Of a stretch of DNA of 64,000 nt, positions 39,501 to 50,261 are shown in pieces. Origin of the DNA: Octopus sinensis. Lineage: Eukaryota. The translations under genes were made by a program, and so were the position numbers. The stretch covers positions 56,544,001-56,608,000 of the forward strand of contig NC_043009.1 of NCBI RefSeq assembly GCF_006345805.1. The letters run 5' to 3'. Every line of letters starts with the position of its first letter. The stretch's first letter is position 1. The notes beneath the pieces are model-generated. The model had not been told where the DNA came from. It was given only the letters and a program-made list of their open reading frames with translations, and searched no databases.

Positions 39501-42500
39501 TTTTTTTCCACTCATCGATTGTTTTTTTTTTTCATATTTGGAGAACTTAAAGCATTCAAAGATCCCATGACTCCTAAGTAATGCTGGCATCAAGTTTGAA
39601 CAAAATACATCAAAATTGGTAGATGTTATGGTTGAAAAGAGTCAGATCTCTCCTTTTGAAAACATGGACAGTTTCGAAACATTGTTTACTAAACGCAAAT
39701 TTGTAAACACCCAGACGTAAGAGTCTGAACAAAATACATCAAAATTGGTAGTTGTTATAGTTGAAAAGAGTCAGATCTCTTCTTTCGAAAACATGAACAG
39801 TTTCGAAACATTGTTTACAAAATAATAGCTGATCGTTTGTGAAGGAGCGTGTCTACAGTCAACACGTAGGTCTTTTGCTCTTGTAACCTCTGCTCTCTCC
39901 CATGTTCACGCACGACCAGCTATATATCGCTATGAGTAGAGCAACGGATTCAGCTAATTTGGAAATTAGTTGTGGAGAAACGGAGACTATTGTTTATGTT
40001 GCCTGTATATATATACGTGCAACACACACATTGTATACATGTATTTTGTATGCATACATGCTCGTGTGTGTGTGTGACTGAAGCCATTCACACATACATA
40101 CATACATAACAACACCTGTCTGTTTTTGCTTGTCAGTCACTCAGTAAAAAGACGAAATTTTAAAAATCTGTTATCTTTCTCTCTCTCCCTCTCCCCCCCT
40201 CTCTAGAAGGGGACTTAACTCATGTTTGTAAAACAATAGTGGATTTCTCCGCTGTGAAAATTGTTAAGTTATGGTCGAAAATTTATTGTTACTGCTATTC
40301 GCTGGTGCCTTGGGGGAAAATAATTTGACAAAAATACAGCTAGGGTCGTGACGAAAGTCCTCCTAAAATTGGAGCAACATGCATGCTAATTTGTGGATGT
40401 GCATAAATTACATTCACGTACACATACACACACATCTTGCCTTTTATATATACACAGAGAGTAGCAAAATTTGGCTGCTTTTTCTTTTAGCAGATTGATT
40501 AACCAGGCTGAGGCTTCTTCTTCTTTGTTACTGCTTTTGTTGTCATCATCATCATCATCATCATCATCAACAACAAGAACAACAACAACATTTAACATCT
40601 ACTTTTTCATGTTTGCATGGGTCAGGAAGAATTTGTTGAGGCAGATTTTCTATAGTTAGATCCCTTTCCAGTCACCAGCCCTCACCTGTTTCCAAGCTAG
40701 CTAATATTTTCCCCATGACCAGACATATTTTCCACACAACTGGAAATGAACAACACTGGTTGTATCATGGTAAAGCTTGTTTAAAAACCAATGTGCATGT
40801 GTGTGTGTGTGTATGTATGCTCATGTGCATGCATGATGGACTTCTTTTAATCTCTGCCTACCAAATCCACTCACAAGGCTTTGGTTTTCTGGGGCCATAG
40901 TAGAAGACACTTGCCCAGTTGCTCAAAGTGCTGTGCAATGAGACTGAACCTGAAACTATATGATTGGGGAGCAAGCTTCTTAACCACAGAGCCACACCTG
41001 CATCTGTTTGGTTTAAAACTCTCTTGCTTTCATTCAATGGCTGTGAATATTGGGTGTAGAAGAGGGGCCTCTGGATGAAGATATGCAGTGTGCATGGAGA
41101 ATAGAGCTTAGAGGTGAATGAAGTTTTAAAATATGATGGTTACTGGACATTTAGGTGAGGATTAGGTAAATGCTTGATGATTAAAAATTTAGTAAACTAA
41201 ATGTGTCATTATTAACCTGGTGTTTGGGATTTAAATTTATAGGAAATTTTGAAGGAAAATGGCTAATCTGTTTTATACTAATCTACCTGAAACTGCCGTT
41301 GGCTCTGTGATACAGATTCCCCATTTTAAAGTGATTTAAATTAAAACTTTCCATCAAAATTTCCTCTTAGCTTATAGTAAAAGACACCTACCCTCATGGA
41401 GGAACTGAATCTGAAGCCATGTAGTTGTGAGGTGATCTTCTTAGCCAAACAGCTATGTCTCAGCCTATATTATTCTTTGATATAAGTAAAAATCAAAGTT
41501 AAGTGCATGAGTTGGCTTGAGGAATCAGCATTCAACTAATGTGAAACTGTTGGATATTTGAAGGTAGTGTTTGAAGTATCGATGATGTAATGTCTGAGTA
41601 TACAATGAGCCTGGTTTTGAGGAAGGGATAGAAAGTCATGGAACGCATTTCTCAACTGAATTCATCTTTTCTGATTTATAAAACAGGATATACTTTTAAT
41701 AGTTTGCCCTCTATATTTTATAACTGTCTGTAGCTGAGATTGAATGCATGTACCTTTATTTCATGTAAAATACCATTGATCTTTCCAGTTAGAGTAAGAG
41801 GTTTCTCATCACCTTTATGGGCTCTCCAAGACTAGTAAGGTGTTCAATGTGAACATCTGTAAGGATAGAATTTCAACAGTGTGATGTTCTGAGGAAGAAG
41901 AAATGGAAAAAGTGGTTTCACCATTGATGCCTTCTCTTCCACATTTTTTGTCACTCATTCGTCCAACCCATGCTAGCACGGAAAGCGGACGCTAAACGAT
42001 GATGATGATTATATCCACCCCTGCATACCTCTGATCTTCATCTCTGTTGCTGTGCATCTTCTCTCCCCCTGACACTTCACATCATCTCCCTATTTCTCAT
42101 CTGTCTATGGTTTAATTATATTGTAGCCTTTTATGTATTGCCAACTATCACTTCCTCCTCCCTGACTGACTCCTGTTTCCCTGTTCCTTTCCTCAGACTA
42201 AGATTTACGGTTGATTACTCCTTCACCTGTGTTCATCATTCACTGATTTCACCTCTGTCCATCACTCTCTTTTCACACTCTCATGAACCTACCCAACCAT
42301 CTTTGATTCTCTGTCTCTATTTACTCTTGATTAACCTTCTTGCACTGTGAGGATATGTCCTGATACCTCATCTCTACCATTCTTGCTTCCTTTAATCCTG
42401 GGGTGGCAATGTATCTCCCCTACCACAAAATACCTGTTCTTGTGTGTCTATCGTACTTGAGCTTCTCAACACCTGGCACAAAGCCACATTCCTCAATACT

Positions 42501-45010
42501 ACATTCCCATTTTGTCAAAGGTTCTTATCTTGCAAGTTGCCCAATGATATTACAAGTACTGGTACCATGGAAAAGCACCCAGTATATTCTGTGAAGCAGT
42601 TGGTGTTAGGAAGAGCATCGAGCTATAGGACCCCTGACAAGGAAGACACTGGAGCTCAATGTAGTCCTTTGACTCATCAAAGTGTGTTTAACCATCCAAC
42701 CCATGCTAGTATGGACAAACACACACACAAACACGATCAAATCCACTCACAAAGCCTTGTATCTTCTGTTTTCTTAGAGTGCCTATCCTCACCTTTATTT
42801 TTGAAATATCTTATTTAATAATAGACACTGAAATTCTTCTGGCTTTTCTTTCTTTCCTTCCTTTTGGTTTTTAGGCGACCTCGGAATCAAAAAGAGCGAA
42901 TTGAGAAGGGCAAGGAAGATGAAGAATCTATCATTACTACTGGTGAAGACAAACCTGCAACAGTAATAGAATGTGAAGAAAAGAGCTTTGTTCTACCAGA
43001 AGATACTGAACTTGGTGCCTACGTGGATGAAATAAATAAAGAACTAACAAACATGAGCGGTTTTCTTGAGCGAATCACTACATTAGCAAAGTAAGTGATG
43101 CAAACAACCTTGAGACTGACTTATTGATATGTTTATATGTATGTAAATTAATAACAACTTAAATAATACTTATTAACATCATTTTAACATCCACTTTTCT
43201 ATGCTTGCATAGGTCAAAATAATTGCCCCTGAGATTCTCCTTCAGCTTGGGAATCAACTAGAATTCACAGGGAGCAAGATCTGGACTGTAGGGAGGAGAT
43301 GAGGGACAGTTTTGATGCCCACCTCTGTCAAGTAGGTGGTTACCTGGATGCTTGTCACTGAATACCCTGGGAACAAACATTGCACAAATTTTGCACATGC
43401 TCAGATCTTCATGAATAATTCTATGTAAAGTTGTCATTGCCAACTCCAAACCTTGTGCTTATTGTCTTCATCTAGAAAATTGTGAATTTTCTCAACCAGC
43501 TCTGATGTTCTGACTCCCTCTCACATCTCTCATTGTCGCTCACCTTCTGTCTACCCTCGTTGAACCACTTCTGCCAGTGAAAAAGTTGATCTATAAGTAG
43601 TCTAGAGCATTTTATAAGTTTATGAAGTGTTTATGCCCAGCTTAACATAAAACTTTGTGGAGGCGCAATGGCCCAGTGGTTAGGGCAGCGGACTCGCGGT
43701 CGTAGGATCGCGGTTTCGATTCCCAGACCGGGCGTTGTGAGTGTTTATTGAGCGAAAACACCTAAAGCTCCACGAGGCTTCGGCAGGGGATGGTGGTGAT
43801 CCCTGTTGTACTCTTTCACCACAACTTTCTCTCACTCTTACTTCCTGTTTTTGTTGTACCTGTATTGTCACTCTCTGTGTCACGCTGAATATCCCCGAGA
43901 ACTACGTTAAGGGTACACGTGTCTGTGGAGTGCTCAGCCACTTACACGTTAATTTCACGAGCAGGCTGTTCCGTTGATCGGATCAACCGGAGCCCTCGCC
44001 GTTGTAACCGACGGAGTGCTTAAGAACATAAAACTTTATTGCATAAAAAGCTTCCAGACATCCTGACTGCATTCTGAAAACTAGTCAGCTGTAACAAGTA
44101 GTATTTCGTAGGGTGTGCTCAAAGTGCTGGTACAGCTATTTCAATCTGGAAAAGCAAAAGTTGTTAGGTCAGCTCATTAGATGCACAGTAATGATATACT
44201 AAAATGACATTAGTCTAGGACGGGCATAACTGCTTCTCATACATTTGTATGTAGTTGGAGATGTTAACTGATTGACAGGTGAAAAGAGAAAATTACAGGG
44301 AAAATGTATTGGGAGATGAATGACATTCTATATTTGAAAGTTAGTGTGGTTATGCATCGTTATCTTTAAATTGAATTAATTTTTTTTCAGATTTGTTTCA
44401 AACAAGATGGGTGGAGCTGTTTCTAGAGAACAGTATGGAAACTTCAGCTGGGAACTACCACTTTCTCAGCTTCAGCATGAACATGCTTCAAATATTATTT
44501 CAATTGGCTCAATCAAATATGGTAACCAATTCCACAGAGCTTTGCTATTTAAGGTATTTGACGGCATACAATGAATATAACTATTATTAGAGTTGAAACT
44601 GCAGTACCCTTTATAGTTTGCATTGAGGTACAGACATGACTAAGGTGCAGGCACACACACACACACACACACACACACGTATGTATTTGTCTGTGTGTCT
44701 CTTTGTTGTTACATTATGTGATAGTTGCAAATGAGTGTTACCATCATACAAGCAATGTCCAGTCTTCATTTCCAATCTTCCATTAAGTGATGTTGAGCCA
44801 TAGAGAAAAAAAAATGTCTTGCTTGGAAACAAGTGAGCATTGAGAACAGGAAGGGCATCCAGCTGTAGAAAATCAACCTAAATGAACTCCATTCAACCCA
44901 TCCAAACACAGAAAGATTTTAAAATGATAATGATGATTTATATGTTTCATCCATAAGTGGGGTCTGACTATGTTCCTATGAATATGTCACTCTGAAGAAT
45001 ATATGTACAT

Positions 45011-45047
<37 letters not shown>

Positions 45048-48000
45048 TCATTTAATATCTTTTTTACATGCTGGCGTGGATTGTGGCATTAGGAAGGGCA
45101 TCCAGCTGTAGAAACGCTGCCAGATCAGACTGGGCCTGGCGCAGCCCTTTGGCTTCCCAGACCCCAGTTGAACCGTCCAACCCATGCTAGCATGGAAAAC
45201 GGATGTTAAACGATGATGATGATGATGATGATATGAGCTAAAAGGGCTCAGCCAGGTTCTGTGTCTACTTTGGCATGGTTTCTACAGTAGGATGCCTTTC
45301 CTAATGCCAACCACTTAATAGAGTGTACTGAGTGTATACATGCATGAATACACACACTAGCTATAGTACACAGCCATGAAGCCATGCCTGGTTTTATAAT
45401 AAGTATCAGGAAAATGTCACATAACCAGTGAATGTTTCTTTGAAAAGATGTGTCCCTATGCAAAACTATGGCCCACAATTTGGAACATGCATGCATACAT
45501 ACATACATTCTTCCATTAAATTTATATGTTGGTTTCAAATTTTGACTCAAAGCTAGCAATTTCAGGGGAGGTGGTAAGTCGATTACAATCCCAGTGCTCA
45601 ACTGGTATGTAGCGGGAAATATCCCTGCTACAAGTACTTATTTTATCGACCCTCAAAGGATGGAAGACAAAGTTGACCTCAGCAGTATTTGAACTCAGAA
45701 CATAAGGATGGATGAAATGGCACTAAACATTTTGCCTGGCATGCTAATAATTCGGCCAGCTTGCTGCCTTATATTAACTTTATGGAGGCGCAATGGCCCA
45801 GTGGTTAGGGCAGCGGACTCGTGGTCGTAGGATCGTGGTTTCGATTCCCAGACCGGGCGTTGTGAGTGTTTATTGAGCGAAAACACCTAAAGCTCCACGA
45901 GGCTCCGGCAGGGGGTGGGGGTGATCCTTGCTGTGCTCATTCACCACAACTTTCTCTCGCTCTTACTTCCTGTTTCTGTTGTACCTGTATTTCAAAGGGC
46001 CGGCCTTGTCACTCTCTGTGTCACGCTGAATATCCCCGAGAACTACGTTAAGGGTGTACGTGTCTGTGGAGTGCTCAGCCACTTGCACGTTAATTTCACG
46101 AGCAGGCTGTTCCATTGATTCGGATCAACCGGAGCCCTCGTCGTCGTAACCGACGGAGTGCTTCCAAAAATTAACTTTATATATTAAGATATATTTGCAT
46201 GTATGTATTTACATTTATTTTTCTGTGTTGCTTGAGAATATGTATTGTAAATATGGTTATTTGCATATCATTTTTGGATCTTGTATTTTTAATTGGATAA
46301 CATTTTATTGTTCTCATCTGTAAACAGAGAGAAATGTAAATATCTTATGATCAGAAGACTTTAACTGAGTTTGAACTTAGTGTAACATCATTCAATAACT
46401 TTAACTTAGAGCAAATTGTGCATGTTATATCAATAGACCAGAGAAAATATATATTATTAGTTAAAGGGCTGTTTATGAAACTATATTTTTCAAGTTTTGG
46501 TTCAAGAGTAATGTGCAAGAAATATGCAAATGTATTTCTTGCATATTTTAAAGTCTGTCTTGGACTTCAAGTCACATTTTTGGATTTTCAAGACACTGAT
46601 ACTGGAAATACAAGACTTCTCCCATCCTAATTGAGAGACCAGTCCATTGTTGGGTTAAACATTTGGTACAACTCGTACTTACTTTCAGCTGGGTGAACTG
46701 GAATGACATGAGATGAAGTGTTTTACTGAAGGCACAATATATTACCCAGTCCAAGACTTGAACCCACAACTTAATGATCATGATCCCAACAACCTGGCCA
46801 CAAGGTCACTCACCTTCATCTCCATATTTCAAGAAAGTGAAAAAAAACAATGGTGATAACATATTTTCTTTTGTGACTAGGTGTTGGCTGACCGTGTTGT
46901 TATACGTTGTTCTCTCGTGCATGGAGATTTCTTCAAAGCATGGAATATTGTTTTGCTTGGAAATGAAGAAGCAGAAACTGTAGGTCAAAAGGTTGGTTGA
47001 AAAATATTTTTCTTTTAATTGTCGATTCTGGAGGCACCTTAAATAATATTTAAGAAAAACTCTGCACTCTACCACACTAGAAATAAAACACTGAAATGAA
47101 TGAGGGTATGTCCACTTGCTAGAAATAACAGACAAAACTCCCCCAAACCATTACCTTCATATCTTAAAAAAAGAATTCATTGGATAATTTATCCTGCGGT
47201 ATAAATATTGCTGGGAAAAATTATAAGAATGGTCATGGCTGGAAGACTTTTGATCATAAGTTTGTTTAATCTGGGTTGGCCTGGAGTTAAATAATCCTTT
47301 CTACTATAGTCATAAGGCCTGAAATTTTTGGAGTGGGGTTAGTTGGTTACATTGCCCCTTGTGTGGAACTGATACTTATTTTATTGATCCCAATGGGATG
47401 AAAGGTAAAGCTGACCTCAGTGAAATTAGAAGAACATAAATCAGAAGAACTGCTGCTATGCATTTTGTCCAACATGCTAACAATTCTTCTAGTTTGCCAT
47501 CTTGAACTGGAGCGGAATAACAAGCAACAACACACATTTGTTTCTGTTGCAGTTTAACCCCATGCTAATCCTGACTGAGTAGACTTATGATTACAGACAC
47601 TCCAGTTGTGACCACCTGGTCTTTTTTAGATGTGGTATTAGTAGTGTTATGGGCTGTGATAGAGCTATGTGGTGTTGGTGGAGGGGATTGCAGATGAGGT
47701 GGATGGAAGAAGGGCTTGCAGGGGCCGGGGAGACAGGCAGAGTGCATGCGTGGGCAGGAAGCATGTGTGGTCAGTTTGAGCAGAGATGGTGGAGCGACAA
47801 GACATGTTTAATTCGTGAGAGGTCAACAGGTAAAGCCTTTTGTATTTCTTTCTCCCATTTGCTTCTTTTTCTGTTGTCCTTTTCCTCCATCACACTACAT
47901 TAGAGATATAAGATTTCATTGTCCAATGATTCTTTTCTGATTTTGAAGATGGTGAGGTGAGATTTGAAGTAGATTTAGTTGCTTTTTTTTTTCTTTGGTC

Positions 48001-49383
48001 AAGTTGGCCACTTACAGGTACCATCATTGGAAGATAGTATACTATTATATTTACTTTGGTGTCCAGTCTGATTTACGAGTTTGATACCAACCTGCTTGAG
48101 ATTACTCTTGGTTATATGATGCGAGCTTTCTGTTGATCTTGATTGAAAGATTAGCTCAGAATGTAATGTCGTGGAACAAATACTGTTAGACATTTTGTCT
48201 GATACTGCCAATGTACTACCATCTGAGCGTGGCCGTTGCCAGTATTACCTGACTGGCCCTCGTGCCGGTGGCACGTAAAAGCACCCACTACACTCTCAGA
48301 GTGGTTAGCATTAGGAAGGGCATCCAGCTGTAGAAACTCTGCCAGATCAAATTGGAGTCTGGTGCAACCATCTGGTTCGCCAGACCTCAGTCAAATCGTC
48401 TCACCAAAGCATGGAAAGCGGACGTTAAATGATGATGATGATGATTAAGGTGTTAATGATAACAGAAATATTATACAATATCAAGGAAATGATCAGTTTT
48501 ATGGAACTTATTGCTCAAATTAGTTGCAAAGGAATCAGTAGCATATAAGATATGGGAAAATTTCCTCAGAAATGGTATTTACATGAAGACATATAGTTCA
48601 GTGCAGGCTAATATGTTAAATGTAGCAAACCAAAAATAATTTTTAATCAACTGAAATTATATTCAAGCCATATACTATTTGTAAGAAATTAAAAGTTGAA
48701 AGCTAGAATCAGTTCGGAAGGTTCACAAGTGGTATTAGATAAGTTGACCATAATTATCTAATGAAGATTAATTGGATATATAAGTATAGGGGTAGTGGGA
48801 GAGAGCAAGAAATGTTAATTGATGCTTTCCTATTATCGACAGCTAATTGTTTTTATTTACTAAAGGCTTAGTAAATAAACTATTACACTTGTGAGACGTG
48901 TGTAATAATTATGCGACAGGCTTTCAGAATAGCTACCACTACCTCATGGAGAAGAAAAAAGGCAAGGGGCTGGGTGATTGTTTTCTTCTGTGAAAAAACT
49001 TTTTGTCTAAAACATAATTATTTTTACATTTTTGCTCTTCAATTCTGTGCCCTTTTCTAGTATATTTTTACTGGTTCCTTTTCCCATGAAGTAGTGATGG
49101 CAAGTCTGAAATAGTTTATTTATTGATCCTTTAGTAAATAGGAAAATAACCATTATTTGACAGATTTGCTAATAGATTTTTCAATGCTAAACTGAATATA
49201 AAAATACTGAGGGCTTTCCATAGAAATCTCCTAAAAATACCGAATGTCTAAAAGCACTGTCAATCTCATTTTCAGAATGATTCAAGCTCACCTCTCAAAG
49301 CTTACATTGTGGATGTCATTCATGAGCCTGGACGACTTATTCTAGTAGACACTCCAGAGGCCATCCGCTATTGTACAATGTAA
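4579..49383 (+). CDS. ARMC3: Armadillo repeat-containing protein 3 (ARMC3), spliced gene with 21 coding exons, 2622 nt including stop, 873 aa
   Basis: Exons joined by hand with GT-AG boundaries and consistent phases from MVKKGKKEDKLPAEDF-FDPILIESRQAGTAVLML to AYIVDVIHEPGRLILVDTPEAIRYCTM*. Collinear with vertebrate ARMC3 as I recall it (FDPLMIESKKAATVVLML, ACEAIYKF, HEQEVEK, FSWEL, HRALLFKALADR, AWN). Confidence 0.95.
6025..8253 (+). mobile_element. Internally deleted Gypsy-type LTR retrotransposon (LTRs 6025-6461 and 7785-8253)
   Basis: Two ~440-470 bp direct repeats; 4-bp TSD CACT (6021-6024 and 8254-8257); tRNA-Trp-like PBS TAGTGATCCCTGACGT at 6465; degenerate PPT; internal remnant PYVTRTGRTVHWPKKL typical of Gypsy pol C-termini. 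Confidence 0.88.
9097..9214 (+). CDS. ARMC3: ARMC3 exon 2 (FDPILIESRQ...ACEAIYKFVVK)
   Basis: tttcag / gtaagt boundaries, phase 0 to 1. Confidence 0.93.
10156..10281 (+). CDS. ARMC3: ARMC3 exon 3 (EENKKTLLELNACEPLLELM...ATMCAH)
   Basis: tttag / gtatgt; ARM repeat. Confidence 0.93.
10340..10781 (-). mobile_element. RTE-type LINE 3' fragment
   Basis: Minus-strand frame QLQWVGHVV...GRPLKRYKDSLK...TCGHVCASAFGLRSHLRRH (C-terminal zinc-finger-like end). Confidence 0.8.
11158..11411 (-). mobile_element. 5'-truncated R4/Dong-type retrotransposon 3' end within (TTA)n
   Basis: Nearly identical to 50848-51110; flanked on both sides by TTA arrays. Confidence 0.9.
11874..11945 (+). CDS. ARMC3: ARMC3 exon 4 (DVRKVLRKRKDCVPTFISLLQSE)
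   Basis: tacag / gtaata; phase 1-1. Confidence 0.88.
12180..12960 (+). mobile_element. Three stacked (GAT)n-tailed RTE-type 3' ends or SINEs, one with ~50-bp internal tandem units
   Basis: Repeated ccagctgtagaaac...ccaacccatgctagcatggaaag...(gat)n; further copies at ~15990-16366, 31470-31620, 45080-45232, 48220-48445. Confidence 0.75.
13153..13328 (+). CDS. ARMC3: ARMC3 exon 5 (ETVVLEFASLGL...DPDVQKNSVEALSQLVL)
   Basis: tgcag / gtaagt. Confidence 0.93.
15056..15182 (+). CDS. ARMC3: ARMC3 exon 6 (NYQCQRVMKELNGFPPVLELLKSEYAIIQRLAL...)
   Basis: tgtag / gtgagt. Confidence 0.93.
17643..17782 (+). CDS. ARMC3: ARMC3 exon 7 (ENRIMLRELD...DLHIMAVMVLSNMMEDIETVE)
   Basis: tccag / gtgagt; the acceptor is tandemly duplicated (see findings). 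Confidence 0.9.
18003..18667 (+). mobile_element. 5'-truncated R4/Dong copy (RLE domain + 3'UTR) with a fold-back duplication at its 5' end, within (TAA)n
   Basis: HDRVGTYIHW...RPDIVV...LIDVSIP...K.SKY, nearly identical to the 50951 ORF but frameshifted; 18003-18097 is the reverse complement of 18106-18200. Confidence 0.92.
18744..19730 (+). mobile_element. Decayed RT fragment of a second R4/Dong-like family
   Basis: IRRGIFQED..PL.F.L...NHLLFMDDLKLYGK...FGLRKC...EALICAAQE; stops and frameshifts; begins directly after a TAA array. Confidence 0.85.
20124..20253 (+). CDS. ARMC3: ARMC3 exon 8 (TFKEGLGLRKLIALITDQTPPEEE...GKKGKE)
   Basis: ttcag / gtaact; phase 0 to 1. Confidence 0.88.
20275..20665 (-). 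mobile_element. Non-autonomous Helitron-type element
   Basis: On the minus strand: TC 5' end, 3' hairpin followed by CTAG, A|T target; 3' end similar to 27150-27182. Confidence 0.7.
22550..22782 (-). mobile_element. tRNA-derived SINE family (copies at ~4030-4150, 15400-15620, 33755-34120, 45560-45770, 47340-47500)
   Basis: Shared gaccccgaaaggatgaaaggcaaagtcgacctcggtggaatttgaactc; its reverse complement contains a B-box (gagttcaaattcc). Confidence 0.75.
22874..22987 (+). CDS. ARMC3: ARMC3 exon 9 (KSVKEEE...LPDVKCAVTKAIGRAARN)
   Basis: tatag / gtaatt; phase 1-1. Confidence 0.88.
24522..24674 (+). CDS. ARMC3: ARMC3 exon 10 (ESRKILHELEVEKMLITLLSHEN...MCENLTCRQAVLDC)
   Basis: tgtag / gtaagt. 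Confidence 0.93.
25426..25688 (-). mobile_element. CR1/L2-clade LINE 3' fragment, inserted in a MITE with ~38-bp TIRs (25326-25849); shorter copy at 21134-21283
   Basis: Minus frame LRVAEAWNKLPASVVSCQSTASFK, a typical CR1 C-terminus. Confidence 0.72.
26011..27182 (+). mobile_element. Non-autonomous Helitron-type element
   Basis: A|TCTCTTATTATA ... cccgagcaacgccggg hairpin, cgatactgCTAG|T; a second 5'-like end at ~26788. Confidence 0.75.
27626..27903. repeat. Near-perfect ~278-bp palindrome with a 5-nt loop
   Basis: Arms pair base by base around ggga-tggcc-tccc at 27759-27771. Confidence 0.95.
27965..28073 (+). CDS. ARMC3: ARMC3 exon 11 (GFLPLIRLLRSDNGETLQAVTLVLRYLTTAN...)
   Basis: cccag / gtatgt; phase 1 to 2. 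Confidence 0.92.
28601..29913. repeat. Tandem duplication of a ~600-630 bp unit (period ~680 bp) separated by TA/CA microsatellites
   Basis: 28601-29200 closely matches 29280-29913. Confidence 0.93.
31866..32042 (+). CDS. ARMC3: ARMC3 exon 12 (EVSKSHGIGPLIHLL...NAAAVLTNLALHESLR...)
   Basis: tctag / gtaagt; phase 2-2. Confidence 0.93.
32245..32289 (-). ncRNA. Minimal type I hammerhead ribozyme (CCGAUGA core variant)
   Basis: Minus strand: tctagg CCGATGA agga-caacga-tcct GAAAC acgt GTC cctaga. Confidence 0.75.
32514..32918 (+). mobile_element. tRNA-derived SINE, full-length copy of the 3190 family
   Basis: High identity to 3190-3600 and 49755-49900. Confidence 0.8.
33074..33125 (-). ncRNA. 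Minimal type I hammerhead ribozyme (CCGAUGA core variant)
   Basis: Minus strand: gtct CCGATGA aaggatat-aattaataa-atatcctg GAAAC agct GTA agac. Confidence 0.65.
33549..33624 (+). CDS. ARMC3: ARMC3 exon 13 (NNKATQSQVLLALANYASSPLSRDE)
   Basis: ttcag / gtaagt. Confidence 0.9.
33817..34096. mobile_element. Solo LTR (280 bp) inserted into a SINE
   Basis: TGT...ACA termini, 5-bp TSD GATTC (33812-33816 and 34097-34101), GC-rich. Confidence 0.85.
34270..34406 (+). CDS. ARMC3: ARMC3 exon 14 (LRNANGIEPVVKLLKSEDKDVVKNAAWAI...)
   Basis: atcag / gtaagt. Confidence 0.93.
34585..35190 (-). mobile_element. RTE-clade LINE 3' fragment with ~50-bp tandem units in its 3'UTR
   Basis: Minus-strand remnants LRWY...DEVVKHDLR.LGLT...DLWKYAVLEKTRQAK*; the 3'UTR units resemble those at 12570-12790. 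Confidence 0.75.
35441..35565 (+). CDS. ARMC3: ARMC3 exon 15 (GLNTLQEINL...LFDNNLSAKFSFCGYL)
   Basis: caaag / gtgaga. Confidence 0.92.
37608..37836. mobile_element. piggyBac-type MITE (related degenerate copies at ~8262-8487, ~17308-17530, ~24005-24440)
   Basis: TTAA|CCCTTTCG ... CGAAAGGG|TTAA termini. Confidence 0.7.
38248..38386 (+). CDS. ARMC3: ARMC3 exon 16 (PTNIITDGFFYAGR...PIIVINAKF)
   Basis: cacag / gtgagt; start of the EDR1-like domain (I.DGF...G). Confidence 0.92.
39195..39263 (+). CDS. ARMC3: ARMC3 exon 17 (APAKEDEKQEDINSRVFKFKRD), low-complexity linker
   Basis: catag / gtaagt; symmetric phase 2-2, so the gene stays in frame with or without it. Confidence 0.72.
39317..40460 (-). 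mobile_element. Non-autonomous Helitron-type element with an internal ~130-bp duplication
   Basis: ctagcagtatagctcggctttgctcggg is the reverse complement of a hairpin+CTAG end; ~39597-39690 is repeated at ~39727-39820. Confidence 0.65.
42875..43090 (+). CDS. ARMC3: ARMC3 exon 18 (RPRNQKER...LPEDTELGAYVDEI...ITTLAK)
   Basis: tttag / gtaagt. Confidence 0.92.
43240..43650 (-). mobile_element. Tc1/mariner transposase remnant
   Basis: LHRIIHEDLSMCKICAMFVPRV ... PPYSPDLAPCEF, corresponding to the mariner WVPH/R and YSPDLAP motifs. Confidence 0.85.
43657..44023 (+). mobile_element. Young tRNA-derived SINE with TSD
   Basis: A-box TGGCCCAGTGG, B-box GGTTTCGATTCC; TSD AACATAAAACTTT on both sides. 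Confidence 0.9.
44391..44553 (+). CDS. ARMC3: ARMC3 exon 19 (FVSNKMGG...FSWEL...HRALLFK)
   Basis: ttcag / gtattt; EDR1-like core. Confidence 0.94.
45784..46169 (+). mobile_element. Young tRNA-derived SINE, same family as 43657 (older copies at 16856-17080 and 20730-21047)
   Basis: Highly similar to 43657-44023; TSD ATTAACTTTAT. Confidence 0.9.
46881..46979 (+). CDS. ARMC3: ARMC3 exon 20 (VLADRVVIRCSLVHGDFFKAWNIVLLGNEEAET)
   Basis: actag / gtaggt. Confidence 0.92.
49276..49383 (+). CDS. ARMC3: ARMC3 terminal coding exon 21 (NDSSSPLKAYIVDVIHEPGRL...YCTM*)
   Basis: ttcag acceptor; TAA at 49381-49383. Confidence 0.92.
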   Translation, partial: NDSSSPLKAYIVDVIHEPGRLILVDTPEAIRYCTM

Positions 49384-49398
49384 TCATTTTGTTTTGGA

Positions 49399-49496
49399 AA
49401 TAAAAAAGAAAAAATTGCAACTAAATACCGTAACTTCATTTATGTTGTTATTTCAATGCATATGATCTTATCTTTTAGTTTTGGTGTTTAAATAAA
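49399..49496 (+). terminator. Candidate polyadenylation signals of ARMC3
   Basis: AATAAA at 49399-49404 and 49491-49496 just after the stop; the AT-rich context lowers specificity. Confidence 0.5.
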
Positions 49497-50261
49497 ACTT
49501 TACTTTTAAATCACACACAAATTACCGGTTTCTTTTCGCTCTATGTGTGAAATAGTGAAGAAAATTCTCGAGTCACATGACTGAATTCAGGGCTTAAGGA
49601 GGTATCAAAAATACTTTCTCCATTGGTTAAATCTTTTTAGAAAGCAAGCGTGGGTGCGTGGAAAGAAGTTTGCTTCCCAACCACATGGTTCCAGGTCCAG
49701 TCTTCTACTAGAGTCTTCTATTATAGCCTTGGGCCGACTAAAACCTTGGAGGGAAACAGGAGTGGCTGTGTGGTAAGTAGCTTGTTTACCAACCACATGG
49801 TTCCGGGTTCAGTCCCACTGAATGGCACCTTGGGCAAGTGTCTTCTACTATAGCCTCAGGTCGACCAAAGCCTTGTGAGTGGATTTGGTAGACGGAACCG
49901 TTCGGCAGTGGTTCAGTAAAGATGCAGATTGACCACAACTGTTATCCTACTACATCATAAGCAAATTATTTTTTTTCCTTCTTTCTTCAAATTTTCCATA
50001 TACCTAGGGCAGAGAAGCTCATTGTATGCATTCCCAGATTACACACGCAAATTCACAGGTAAAATATGAATTTAAAAAATTAATAAATGAATAAATTCAT
50101 GAATGGAGGTTGTTTTCACAGTGATAATGCTCTTCTCAGTACATGAGCCGTTCCAGTTAACATGATTTTTTGCACTTCTTGTAGGGATGGTAAGCCTGGT
50201 ATCATTTTCAAATAGGTTTCAGCACCTTTTTTCATTCCTTATTATTATTATTATTATTATT

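Noticed and set aside
43658-43735. tRNA-like sequences (also at 45784)
   Set aside because: These are SINE heads followed by a conserved body, tail and TSD, without a proper acceptor stem.
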